DNA of 45,816 bases from Candidatus Acidiferrales bacterium. Lineage in GTDB: Bacteria; Acidobacteriota; Terriglobia; Acidiferrales; UBA7541. Location of the stretch: the NCBI GenBank assembly GCA_030037355.1, contig JASHRL010000231.1, positions 1-45,816 of the forward strand, given 5' to 3'. The notes under the pieces are model-generated. The model was not told the origin of the DNA, did not search any database, and worked only from the letters and a program-made list of their open reading frames with translations. The position numbers were made by a program, and so were the translations under genes. Positions 34,118-44,494 of this stretch are shown in pieces. How positions within the stretch are numbered: the first letter of the stretch is position 1; every line of letters begins with the position of its first letter.

Positions 34118-34948
34118 ATGGCAAACCCCTCGCTCAATAACCCCGTCTGGCGCGAAACTGCGAAAATCTATCTCGGTCACAACGTCTTCGGAGTCGCTGC
34201 CATTCTCTTCGGAATCTTCACTGTGTCTTGGCGTCCCTTTAATCTGTTGCAACAGGCCCAGGCGCTCGGAAGCGCTCCTCATCGCGAGATCCTGATCTAC
34301 CTTGTTGCCGCTATCGAAATCCTCGCAGGTTTGGCGATTCAATGGCCAAAGACGGCGCGCATCGCAGCGGCCGCTCTGGCGATCCTCTTTACGCTTGTCG
34401 CTTTGTCGTGGATACCGGGCATCGTCGCTAAACCGAACGTCTTTTACACCTGGGGAGCAGTCTTCTACGTATTTTCCAAGGCGTCCGGAGCGCTCATCGT
34501 CTATGCCATGTTTGCCCCCGGCGGTTCCCGGTGGGCATCCAGGTTGGCTCGGTTCGCGTGCATCTCCTTCGCCCTCTGCCTGATTTCCTTTGCCATCGAG
34601 CAACTTGAATTTTTCGCCCATACAGCAGAGCTTGTCCCCAAGTGGATACCTCTCGGCCAGAATTTCTGGGCCATCGCCACCACGATTGCTTTTTTTCTCG
34701 CCGCCATCGCCCTGCTCTCCGGACGGGTCGCCCTTCTCGCTTCTCGCTTGACCACCGCGATGCTCATCGGCTTCGGCGTGCTGATCTGGGTGCCCGTGTG
34801 TTTTGGAAATGTTCATAACCTGTACAATTGGTCCGAGAACTTGGACAATCTGGCGATCGCCGGCGCGGCATGGATCGTCGCTGACTTTCTTAGCCAATCC
34901 CGCTCGGGCAATAGATCTCCCGCAGCATCGGACGCCCTCCCCACATGA
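34118..34948 (+). CDS. polytopic membrane protein (~8 TM), paralogue 1 (DoxX-like features)
   Basis: 276 aa and highly hydrophobic. An AGGAG SD lies 9 nt upstream of the ATG. The second half, ARFACISFALCLISFAIEQLEFF...LVPKWIPLGQNFWAI, is homologous to the next gene. Confidence 0.7.
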   Translation: MANPSLNNPVWRETAKIYLGHNVFGVAAILFGIFTVSWRPFNLLQQAQALGSAPHREILIYLVAAIEILAGLAIQWPKTARIAAAALAILFTLVALSWIPGIVAKPNVFYTWGAVFYVFSKASGALIVYAMFAPGGSRWASRLARFACISFALCLISFAIEQLEFFAHTAELVPKWIPLGQNFWAIATTIAFFLAAIALLSGRVALLASRLTTAMLIGFGVLIWVPVCFGNVHNLYNWSENLDNLAIAGAAWIVADFLSQSRSGNRSPAASDALPT

Positions 34949-35766
34949 CGGCTGAAACTTCTCTGGACAAAACGATTGCAGCTATCCTGCGCCTCGGTCG
35001 CCCCATCTACGCGCTCGCCATCGCCGGACTCGGCATCGAAACCATCGTCTACGCACACACTTCGGTTTTCCTGTATCCCTTGGCCGTTCATCCGCGCTTC
35101 CCCGCAATCTCCGTTCTGCCTTTCCTGCCGCCGATTCCTTCGCTCGCTTATGTCTTCGGAATCGTCATGGCTTTGCTCGGCTTCGGTCTTCTGTTCTGGC
35201 AAACGCTTCGCACCTCCGCGCTCGCGCTGGGGACTCTCCTCTTCCTCGCCACGCTCATTCTCGACGCTCCTCGCAACGCCGCTATCCCCGGCAGCATGGG
35301 CCTGCGCACCATCGTCTTCGAACCTCTCGCCATGGCTTGTATCGCCTGGCTTCTTCCCGGCGCAGGCCAGATTCCTGCCGGCCTCGAACGTTTCGCTCGT
35401 TATCTCCTCGCCATTTCATTCGCCGTTTTCGGCGTGGACCACTTCCTGGCTCTCGCTCCCATCGGCACGCTGATTCCCGGCTGGATCCCCTGGCACGTTT
35501 TCTGGATCGCCTTTTTCGGCGCCGGATTCATCGCCACCGGCATCAGTCTTGCCTTCAACATTCTCGTGCGCTGGAGCACAGCCTGTCTCGGCCTCATGTA
35601 CATGATTTGGGTCCTCACGCTCCATCTGCCTTCTGTCCTCGGCTTCTACGTCATCGCCGGCCGCACGAATCCCGTCTCCCTCATGTCCAGTTTTCTCATT
35701 GCCGTCTCTCTCTGGGGAGGCTCCTGGGCTCTCGCGCGTTCCCAGACGCGCCGTTTATCTGCGTAG
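34945..35766 (+). CDS. polytopic membrane protein (~8 TM), paralogue 2
   Basis: The start overlaps the upstream stop (ATGA at 34945-34948). ERFARYLLAISFAVFGVDHFLAL...LIPGWIPWHVFWIAFF aligns with paralogue 1. Confidence 0.7.
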   Translation: MTAETSLDKTIAAILRLGRPIYALAIAGLGIETIVYAHTSVFLYPLAVHPRFPAISVLPFLPPIPSLAYVFGIVMALLGFGLLFWQTLRTSALALGTLLFLATLILDAPRNAAIPGSMGLRTIVFEPLAMACIAWLLPGAGQIPAGLERFARYLLAISFAVFGVDHFLALAPIGTLIPGWIPWHVFWIAFFGAGFIATGISLAFNILVRWSTACLGLMYMIWVLTLHLPSVLGFYVIAGRTNPVSLMSSFLIAVSLWGGSWALARSQTRRLSA

Positions 35767-35949
35767 TTGCGTGACCGTACCCCTCATCGCACTCTGCAAT
35801 TCTGGAAGGTGGATGAAATTTTTCGGCACGTTTACCTGGCTGTATTATCTTGCGGTATGATGCCTCTGTGCTTACGCGGCGTCCCTACCGCAAATCGCGC
35901 AGCGCGAGCACAACCAGCCCTTTGTGATTTAATTTTCGAGGAGAAAATT

Positions 35950-36351
35950 ATGACCAGGTCCAAATATCTCTTGCTGGCTGCTTTGGCTGGAATCTGCTTC
36001 ACGCTTGCGGCTCCGAAAGCTCAGGCGCAGGTCACCGTAAACATCGGGCCTGCTCCTGTTTGTCCTTATGGCTATTTCGACTATGCGCCGTACGCCTGCG
36101 CTCCCTACGGCTATTACGGTCCGGAATGGTTCGTCGGTGGCGTCTTCATCGGAGCTGGCCCTTGGTTTCACGGTCCTCACAATTTTCATGGCACCGTGAA
36201 TAACCATTATGATCCGCACCACGGCTATAAGGGCCCCACGCCCCGCCGCAACCAAAAACCCAGTCCGAACATGCACCCTGAACGCGCGAAGAACTTCAAA
36301 GGCAATGAAACGCGCGACGGCCGCGGCCACACCGTCGCTCCGCATCGCTAG
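35950..36351 (+). CDS. small secreted Gly/Tyr/Pro/His-rich protein (133 aa)
   Basis: ATG 35950 has a GAGGAG SD 8 nt upstream. Signal MTRSKYLLLAALAGICFTLAAPKAQA. The mature part is GPAPVCPYGYFDYAPYACAPYGYYGPEWFVGG...HGPHNFHG...HYDPHHGYKG. Confidence 0.6.
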   Translation: MTRSKYLLLAALAGICFTLAAPKAQAQVTVNIGPAPVCPYGYFDYAPYACAPYGYYGPEWFVGGVFIGAGPWFHGPHNFHGTVNNHYDPHHGYKGPTPRRNQKPSPNMHPERAKNFKGNETRDGRGHTVAPHR

Positions 36352-36378
36352 AAACAGCTTGCGCGGATCACGCTCCTC

Positions 36379-36419
36379 GCCAATTTCCGGGCGGCCCATC
36401 CGGCCATCCGGAAATTGGC
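36379..36419. terminator. 12-bp perfect inverted repeat between convergent genes
   Basis: GCCAATTTCCGG (36379-36390) pairs with CCGGAAATTGGC (36408-36419) across a 17-nt loop. There is no U-tract, so it could equally be a REP-like element. Confidence 0.4.
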
Positions 36420-36524
36420 CGCGCGTCTCATGATCAACCGCCGGAGAGTCTCTAGTGGTTTACTGCGAACTCTTGGCATCGTGACAGAAGAAGTGGCGAT
36501 TTAGACCGTCCGCGAAGTTTTGCA

Positions 36525-37499
36525 TTACTTCGCGTGAGTCGCGCTGCCTCCCGATTCTGTCCGCGCGTGCCACGTCACTTCCTTGCCCACATCAATCACC
36601 AGCAAATCCTTGGCGACGACAAGAGGCCCCGCATATTCCGTCCGCACCGCGCGCTCTATCCCCGCTGCATCTTCGTAGTGATAGACCACTGCCAGCTTCG
36701 GCCTCACCGCCGCGAATACGCGCCCCGCATCTTCCGCGCTCGCAATCGTACGCTGCGCTGGTGGCGTCGGATTCGTCGCTCCCACGCTCCATGCCGCGTG
36801 CATCACGCAATCCGCGCCGCGCGCAAAATGAATCAGGTTCTCCGAAAAGTTCGTGTCCCCGGAAATCACCACCGCGTGTCCGCCGTAATCCACGCGGTAT
36901 CCGAACGCCGGCTTCACGTTCCCATGGTCCACCAGAAATGCCGTCACGCGAACTCCGCCTTCATCGTACGCAATTCCCTCCTCGATATCCTTTGCCGTAA
37001 TTTCCACGCCCGCGCTCGGCAGATTCTCCGGAGCCGCTTCGCGCGCCGCGATGTCTCCCGCAAACGCCTCCGCCAAATGCGTCGCCATACTCTTTGTCCC
37101 GCTCGGCCCAAAAAGTTCCAGCGCATCGGGCCGTCCCAGGAACCATCCCGTCAGCCACAAATCCGGCAGCCCCACCACGTGATCCGAATGCAGGTGCGTC
37201 AAAAACACCGCGTCAATTTCGCTCGCCTTCACTCCCGCTTGCGACAATCGAATCACCGCGCCGCGCCCGCAGTCAAAAAGCAGCCGTTTCCCGCCCGCCT
37301 CGACCAGAATCGCCGCCTCAAATCTCTCCGCGCTCGGGTACGGCGTCCCCGTTCCCAGCATCGTCACGCGAATCGCATCCGCGCTCTTCGCCGCGCCCGC
37401 CGCATTCACTGTCGTCGCGGCGCACGCCACTGTCATCAGGCTCGCCAGCGTCACGAAAACAGTCCGTCGGAAAATGATTTCCCCGAATCGCATCGTCAT
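36525..37499 (-). CDS. secreted MBL-fold metallo-hydrolase
   Basis: HLHSDHVVGLPD (HxHxDH) and HAAW... Signal MTMRFGEIIFRRTVFVTLASLMTVACA. Several in-frame ATGs (37529, 37505, 37499, 37493). 37499 has the best GAGG spacing. Confidence 0.8.
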   Translation of the reverse strand: MTMRFGEIIFRRTVFVTLASLMTVACAATTVNAAGAAKSADAIRVTMLGTGTPYPSAERFEAAILVEAGGKRLLFDCGRGAVIRLSQAGVKASEIDAVFLTHLHSDHVVGLPDLWLTGWFLGRPDALELFGPSGTKSMATHLAEAFAGDIAAREAAPENLPSAGVEITAKDIEEGIAYDEGGVRVTAFLVDHGNVKPAFGYRVDYGGHAVVISGDTNFSENLIHFARGADCVMHAAWSVGATNPTPPAQRTIASAEDAGRVFAAVRPKLAVVYHYEDAAGIERAVRTEYAGPLVVAKDLLVIDVGKEVTWHARTESGGSATHAK

Positions 37500-37793
37500 T
37501 CGCATCGCCTCATTAGGATATCGCCGCAATTCAAATTTTCTCGCTCGTGACGCAGGGACTCAAATTCGAACTGCTCCGCTGCCCACCCGCGCTTTAATTC
37601 GCCTGGTTTCGACATCCTCTCCCCTGCGCAAACTTTTTCTCGTTTGTGCCTGCCCGTAGCCGCACTGTCTCCATTTTCCCACGCCCTTTTCCCGGACAAT
37701 TTTCGCCTTCTCCCATCGAATCAGCAACTTAGAGTTCTCCCGCCCAGGCACCCCATTTGCTCCCATTGCATCTGTCCTTAGAAGGAGGCTGTA

Positions 37794-37895
37794 ATGGGTA
37801 AGATTTTCATCATGGTCATCTCATCCATCCTGGTTTTTCTTTGCTTCGCTTCCGGCATCGAGCATATCGGCCCCGGCCCTTCGCACAAGAATTGA
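37794..37895 (+). CDS. possible 33-aa hydrophobic peptide
   Basis: Too short for the ORF track. A perfect AGGAGG (37783-37788) lies 5 nt before the ATG. Translation: MGKIFIMVISSILVFLCFASGIEHIGPGPSHKN. AT-rich local composition. Confidence 0.35.
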   Translation: MGKIFIMVISSILVFLCFASGIEHIGPGPSHKN

Positions 37896-37995
37896 CCTTT
37901 CCTCACCCGCCGCTTGCCTCCTCCTGACCCGGTTTTCGCTTCCATCTCTTTTTCGCTCCATGCTTAAATAGAAACGCACATTTATTATTACTCAG

Positions 37996-38946
37996 ATGAG
38001 CCTTCGCCAATCCAGTCGCACCGCCGAATACATGGCCTTTTTCCGCGCGCTGGAAACGGCTCGTCCGGCGAAGCGCCGCCTCTTTACGGATCCTTTCGCG
38101 CGCCATTTTCTTCGCCCTTCCCTGCAGCGCTTTGTCCGATTGTCCCGGTTCCCCATTCTTCGCAATTCTATTTCCGGCTACGTCGACCGCCGCTTCCACG
38201 GCGCGCGCACTGCCGCCATCGCCCGCACCATCTTCATCGACGACGCTCTGCGCGCCTCTCTCAAAAAGAACATTCGTCAAGTCGTCATTCTTGGCGCCGG
38301 TTTCGATTGCCGCGCCTACCGCCTTCCGGAAATGAGCGCCGCCACCGTCTTCGAAGTGGACCACCCTTCCACTCACGCTGCCAAACTCGCCGGCCTGCGT
38401 AAATTGCTCCCCAGGATCCCCGCCCATGTCCGTTTCGTCGAGATCGACTTCAATCGCCAGAAATTGCCGGACGTTTTGGCGCAAGCGAATTTCCACTCCG
38501 CGCCGCCGTCTGTATTTCTTTGGGAAGGCGTCACCAACTATCTTCAGGCCGATGCCGTCGACGCCGTTCTGCACTTCGTAGCCAGTTGCCATCCCGGCAC
38601 GCGCTTGATTTTCACTTATATTCATTCCGGCATTTTGGACGGCTCCGCTTCCTTCGACGGCGCTGATCGCATGATCCACGAAGTGGCGAACATGGGCGAG
38701 CCTTGGACGTTCGGCTTTTCGCCGCAACATCTGCCCGTCATTCTCCGCGAACGCGGCCTTTCTTTGCGCGAAGATTTATCCTTGTCCGAATGCCGCGATC
38801 GCTATTACGGAGCAGCCGTCGCCGCACGCATGGCTGGTTACGGTTTCTATCACGTCGCCGTTGCCGACGTTGCTCAGGCAACCGCCGATGCGCCTCTTGC
38901 CCGCATGACATCTCTGCAAGAAAGCTCCGCAGTCAGCCGTGATTAG
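37996..38946 (+). CDS. class I SAM-dependent methyltransferase (LCM / TIGR00027-like O-methyltransferase family)
   Basis: RTAEYMAFFRALE, DPFARHFL, VVILGAGFDCRAYRL, FEVDHPSTH and LWEGVTNYL are the family motifs. Confidence 0.85.
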   Translation: MSLRQSSRTAEYMAFFRALETARPAKRRLFTDPFARHFLRPSLQRFVRLSRFPILRNSISGYVDRRFHGARTAAIARTIFIDDALRASLKKNIRQVVILGAGFDCRAYRLPEMSAATVFEVDHPSTHAAKLAGLRKLLPRIPAHVRFVEIDFNRQKLPDVLAQANFHSAPPSVFLWEGVTNYLQADAVDAVLHFVASCHPGTRLIFTYIHSGILDGSASFDGADRMIHEVANMGEPWTFGFSPQHLPVILRERGLSLREDLSLSECRDRYYGAAVAARMAGYGFYHVAVADVAQATADAPLARMTSLQESSAVSRD

Positions 38947-39604
38947 CATCGAGTGCGCAGCCGTCCTCTTCGACATGGACGGCGTTCTCGTCGATTCGAC
39001 TCCCGCTGTCGCTCGTGTCTGGGGCTGGTGGGCGCGCGAACGCGGCCTTGACCCGGACAAAATCATCCGTCAGGCGCACGGCCGCCCGAATCTTGAAACC
39101 ATCCGCGAATTGCTCCCGGGCGCGGATCACGCTGCGGAGACTTGGAAAGTCGAGCAGCGCGAACGCGAAGACACCGCAGGCATCATCGCCTTGCCCGGCG
39201 CGCTGGAAATTCTGCGCGCGCTTCCCGAAGATCGCTGGGCCGTCGTCACTTCCGCGACGCGCGAACTCGCCGAGTTGCGCCTCCGCGTCGCTGGCCTTCC
39301 TGCGCCAAAGAACCTGCTCACCGCCAGCGAAATCCATCGCGGCAAGCCGCATCCCGAGCCTTATCTGAAAGGCGCCGCGCTTCTCGGCGTTTCAGCCGCG
39401 CAATGCCTCGTTGTCGAAGACGCGCCCTCCGGCGTTCGTTCCGGCAAATCCGCCGGCGCGCGTGTCCTCGCTCTTCGCACCACTGCTTCCGACGCCGATC
39501 TCCTCGCCGCCGGCGCCGATTGGCTCGCCGACACTCTCGCCGCGCTCTCCCCCGCCAAAGTCTCTCCCACTCGTCTTTCTTTTTCTCTCAACAGCCCGCG
39601 TTAG
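38939..39604 (+). CDS. HAD-superfamily hydrolase (subfamily IA phosphatase-like)
   Basis: Motif I AVLFDMDGVLVDS, motif II VVTSATR, and motif III/IV KPHPEPYL...VVEDAPSGVRSGKSAG. The GTG start overlaps the methyltransferase 3' end by 8 nt. Confidence 0.85.
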   Translation: MISIECAAVLFDMDGVLVDSTPAVARVWGWWARERGLDPDKIIRQAHGRPNLETIRELLPGADHAAETWKVEQREREDTAGIIALPGALEILRALPEDRWAVVTSATRELAELRLRVAGLPAPKNLLTASEIHRGKPHPEPYLKGAALLGVSAAQCLVVEDAPSGVRSGKSAGARVLALRTTASDADLLAAGADWLADTLAALSPAKVSPTRLSFSLNSPR

Positions 39605-39673
39605 CCATCATCCCTGCCGTTCCCTGCGCGGTCCCCATCGCTCCTCGTGCTTACGCTTGTTAATTGGAATGCT

Positions 39674-39703
39674 TTCAAAAAATTCTTTCCTCCGTCGTAT
39701 AAT
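39674..39703 (+). promoter_or_regulatory. candidate sigma70-type promoter for the kinase gene
   Basis: TTCAAA (39674-39679), an 18-nt spacer, then a perfect TATAAT (39698-39703), about 115 nt upstream of ATG 39818. Confidence 0.3.
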
Positions 39704-39817
39704 CCACCTGCCCTTGAACCCCGGAACCCACGTCGGCCCTCAGGAAGTCGGTCCGTTTTGCGGATGTGAGCGCTGCAGGCGATCGCGGGCGAAATTTGGC
39801 GCGGCACGAGTGGCCTT

Positions 39818-42502
<2,685 letters not shown>

Positions 42503-42534
42503 GTCTCTCCCTCGCGCTCACAGCGCTCATTTTG

Positions 42535-42552
42535 TCAAAACGAATTGCAAAT
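42535..42552 (+). repeat. direct repeat copy 1 (TCAAAACGAATTGCAAAT)
   Basis: Exact 18-mer repeated at 42840-42857. Weaker similarity continues for about 40 nt (CGCTTC..CATGAT/CATCATG..TCCTGA). Confidence 0.7.
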
Positions 42553-42619
42553 TGCCCGCCGCTTCACACATCATGTGTCCTGATCGACTAGGCATCACTG
42601 CCCGAACCGAGAACTCATA

Positions 42620-42799
42620 ATGTCATCAGGCAGCCACATTAACTTCAAGGGCATCCTTGCAATTATTCTTCTGATTGTCACTCCGCTTAGCATCTTTAAG
42701 ATCCCGAACACCAAACAACACATTTTTATCGACCTGCTCGCAGTGTTTTGGTGTGTATTTATCGGCGTTTTGTTTTGGTACGGCTGGGACAGGAATTAA
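42620..42799 (+). CDS. possible 59-aa two-TM membrane protein
   Basis: One codon below the ORF-track cut-off. Translation: MSSGSHINFKGILAIILLIVTPLSIFKIPNTKQHIFIDLLAVFWCVFIGVLFWYGWDRN. Strongly AT-rich relative to its surroundings. Weak SD. Confidence 0.35.
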   Translation: MSSGSHINFKGILAIILLIVTPLSIFKIPNTKQHIFIDLLAVFWCVFIGVLFWYGWDRN

Positions 42800-42839
42800 C
42801 CTCCGCAAGAAAAAGCCCTGCGCTGATCCTGTCCGCTCC

Positions 42840-42857
42840 TCAAAACGAATTGCAAAT
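42840..42857 (+). repeat. direct repeat copy 2 (TCAAAACGAATTGCAAAT)
   Basis: Identical to 42535-42552. Lies about 95 nt upstream of the ino1 start. TTGCAA-N17-CATGAT could be a promoter. Confidence 0.7.
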
Positions 42858-42952
42858 CCATCTCGCTTCGCGCATGATATTCGTTTTCCTGACAGGCGCT
42901 TTTCTCTTATACGCGATTTTGCGCGCCTGATTTTTTGACTGAGGAGATGGGA

Positions 42953-44266
42953 ATGCGGAAACCGGGAAAGATCGCGCCCGCCAAGGGCAAGCTCGGCGTT
43001 TTGACGCCCGGCGTCGGCGCGGTAAGCACCACGTTCATGGCCGGCGTCGAACTCGTGCGTAAAGGCGCGGCGCTGCCTATCGGCTCGTTGACGCAGATGG
43101 GAACGATTCGCCTCGGCAAACGCACCGAAGGACGCGCGCCGAAAATCCGCGACTTCGTTTCTCTCGCGGGCCTCAACGATCTCGTCTTCGGCGGCTGGGA
43201 CATTTTCCCCGACACGGCGCACGAAGCCGCGAAAAAGGCCGGCGTGCTCGACGCCTCGCATCTTTCCAAGGTTCAGCCGTTCCTTCAGGGCGTCAAGCCC
43301 ATGAAGGCCGCGTTCGATCAGAACTACGTCAAGAATCTCCACGGCACGCACGTCAAGCAGGCCAAGAACAAATTCGATCTCGCCGAGCAGCTTCGCGACG
43401 ACATCCGCGAATTCAAGAAAAAATCCAAAGTCGATCGCACCGTCATGGTCTGGTGCGCCTCCACGGAAATTTTTCTCAAGCCCGAAAAAATTCACGACAC
43501 GCTCGCTTCCTTCGAGCGCGCCATGAAGGAGAATCACGAGTCCATCGCGCCGTCGATGCTCTACGCTTACGCCGCGATTCAGGAAGGCGTGCCCTTCGCC
43601 AATGGCGCGCCGAACCTGACCGCCGAACTTCCCGCGCTCGTCGAACTCGCGAAAGAAAAAAACGTTCCCATCTGCGGCAAGGATTTCAAAACCGGCCAGA
43701 CGCTGATGAAAACGATTCTTTCGCCCGGCTTCAAGGCGCGCATGATCGGCGTGAAGGGCTGGTTCTCGACGAACATTCTCGGCAATCGCGACGGCGAAGT
43801 CCTCGACGATCCCGGCTCGTTCAAAACCAAAGAAGAATCCAAACTTGGCGCGCTCGAATATATTTTTCAGCCCAAGCTCTATCCCGAACTCTACGGCGAC
43901 CTCTACCACAAAGTGCGCATCAACTATTACCCGCCGCGCGGCGACAACAAAGAAGGCTGGGACAACATCGACATTTTCGGCTGGCTCGGCTATCCCATGC
44001 AGATCAAAGTCGATTTCCTGTGCCGCGATTCGATTCTCGCCGCGCCGATCGTGCTCGATCTTGTTTTGTTTCTCGATCTCGCGCAGCGTGCCGGAATGCG
44101 CGGGATTCAGGAGTGGCTCAGCTTCTATTTCAAATCGCCCATGTGCGCGCCGGAACTTTATCCCGAGCACGATCTTTTCATCCAACTGATGAAACTCAAA
44201 AACACGCTGCGCTGGATGATGGGCGAAGATCTCATCACGCACCTCGGCGCCGAATATTACGACTAA
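42953..44266 (+). CDS. ino1: inositol-3-phosphate synthase (myo-inositol-1-phosphate synthase)
   Basis: About 437 aa, matching bacterial/archaeal MIPS (GVLTPGVGAVSTTFMAGV, NGAPN, GKDFKTGQT, SILAAPIVLDL). ATG 42953 is 6 nt after GAGGAG. The track start at 42935 is a TTG. Confidence 0.9.
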   Translation: MRKPGKIAPAKGKLGVLTPGVGAVSTTFMAGVELVRKGAALPIGSLTQMGTIRLGKRTEGRAPKIRDFVSLAGLNDLVFGGWDIFPDTAHEAAKKAGVLDASHLSKVQPFLQGVKPMKAAFDQNYVKNLHGTHVKQAKNKFDLAEQLRDDIREFKKKSKVDRTVMVWCASTEIFLKPEKIHDTLASFERAMKENHESIAPSMLYAYAAIQEGVPFANGAPNLTAELPALVELAKEKNVPICGKDFKTGQTLMKTILSPGFKARMIGVKGWFSTNILGNRDGEVLDDPGSFKTKEESKLGALEYIFQPKLYPELYGDLYHKVRINYYPPRGDNKEGWDNIDIFGWLGYPMQIKVDFLCRDSILAAPIVLDLVLFLDLAQRAGMRGIQEWLSFYFKSPMCAPELYPEHDLFIQLMKLKNTLRWMMGEDLITHLGAEYYD

Positions 44267-44432
44267 TGCATCTTGCCCTGCGGCGCGCTCTCGCGTTGCG
44301 GCACCCCCATCTTTCACCGCGCCGGTATTGACTTCGGCGCGCGTTTCGCGTTTACTCTAGCGTCACAAGCCTTGCTCGCTTTCCTCAAATAACGCTCATT
44401 TTCTGGTACTTTCGGGACATTACGATTGTCGC

Positions 44433-44459
44433 GGCCCGGCTGAACGCGGGCCATTTTTT
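44433..44459 (+). terminator. GC hairpin followed by a T6 run (ino1 terminator or leader attenuator of the next gene)
   Basis: GGCCCG (44433-44438) and CGGGCC (44447-44452) flank an 8-nt loop, followed by ATTTTTT (44453-44459). Confidence 0.5.
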
Positions 44460-44494
44460 GTGAGTCAAATTCGAACTTGAACGGAGACCCAGCC

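Noticed and set aside
34097-34897. 266-aa minus-strand ORF
   Set aside because: It is antisense to membrane paralogue 1. The plus-strand frame gives coherent TM helices and an SD.
36534-37550. 338-aa plus-strand ORF
   Set aside because: It is antisense to the MBL-fold hydrolase (HxHxDH is on the minus strand). Arg/His-rich shadow ORF.
37903-38730. 275-aa minus-strand ORF
   Set aside because: It is antisense to the SAM-methyltransferase gene, whose motifs are unambiguous on the plus strand.
42626-44317. 563-aa minus-strand ORF
   Set aside because: It is antisense to ino1, which matches inositol-3-phosphate synthase along its full length.
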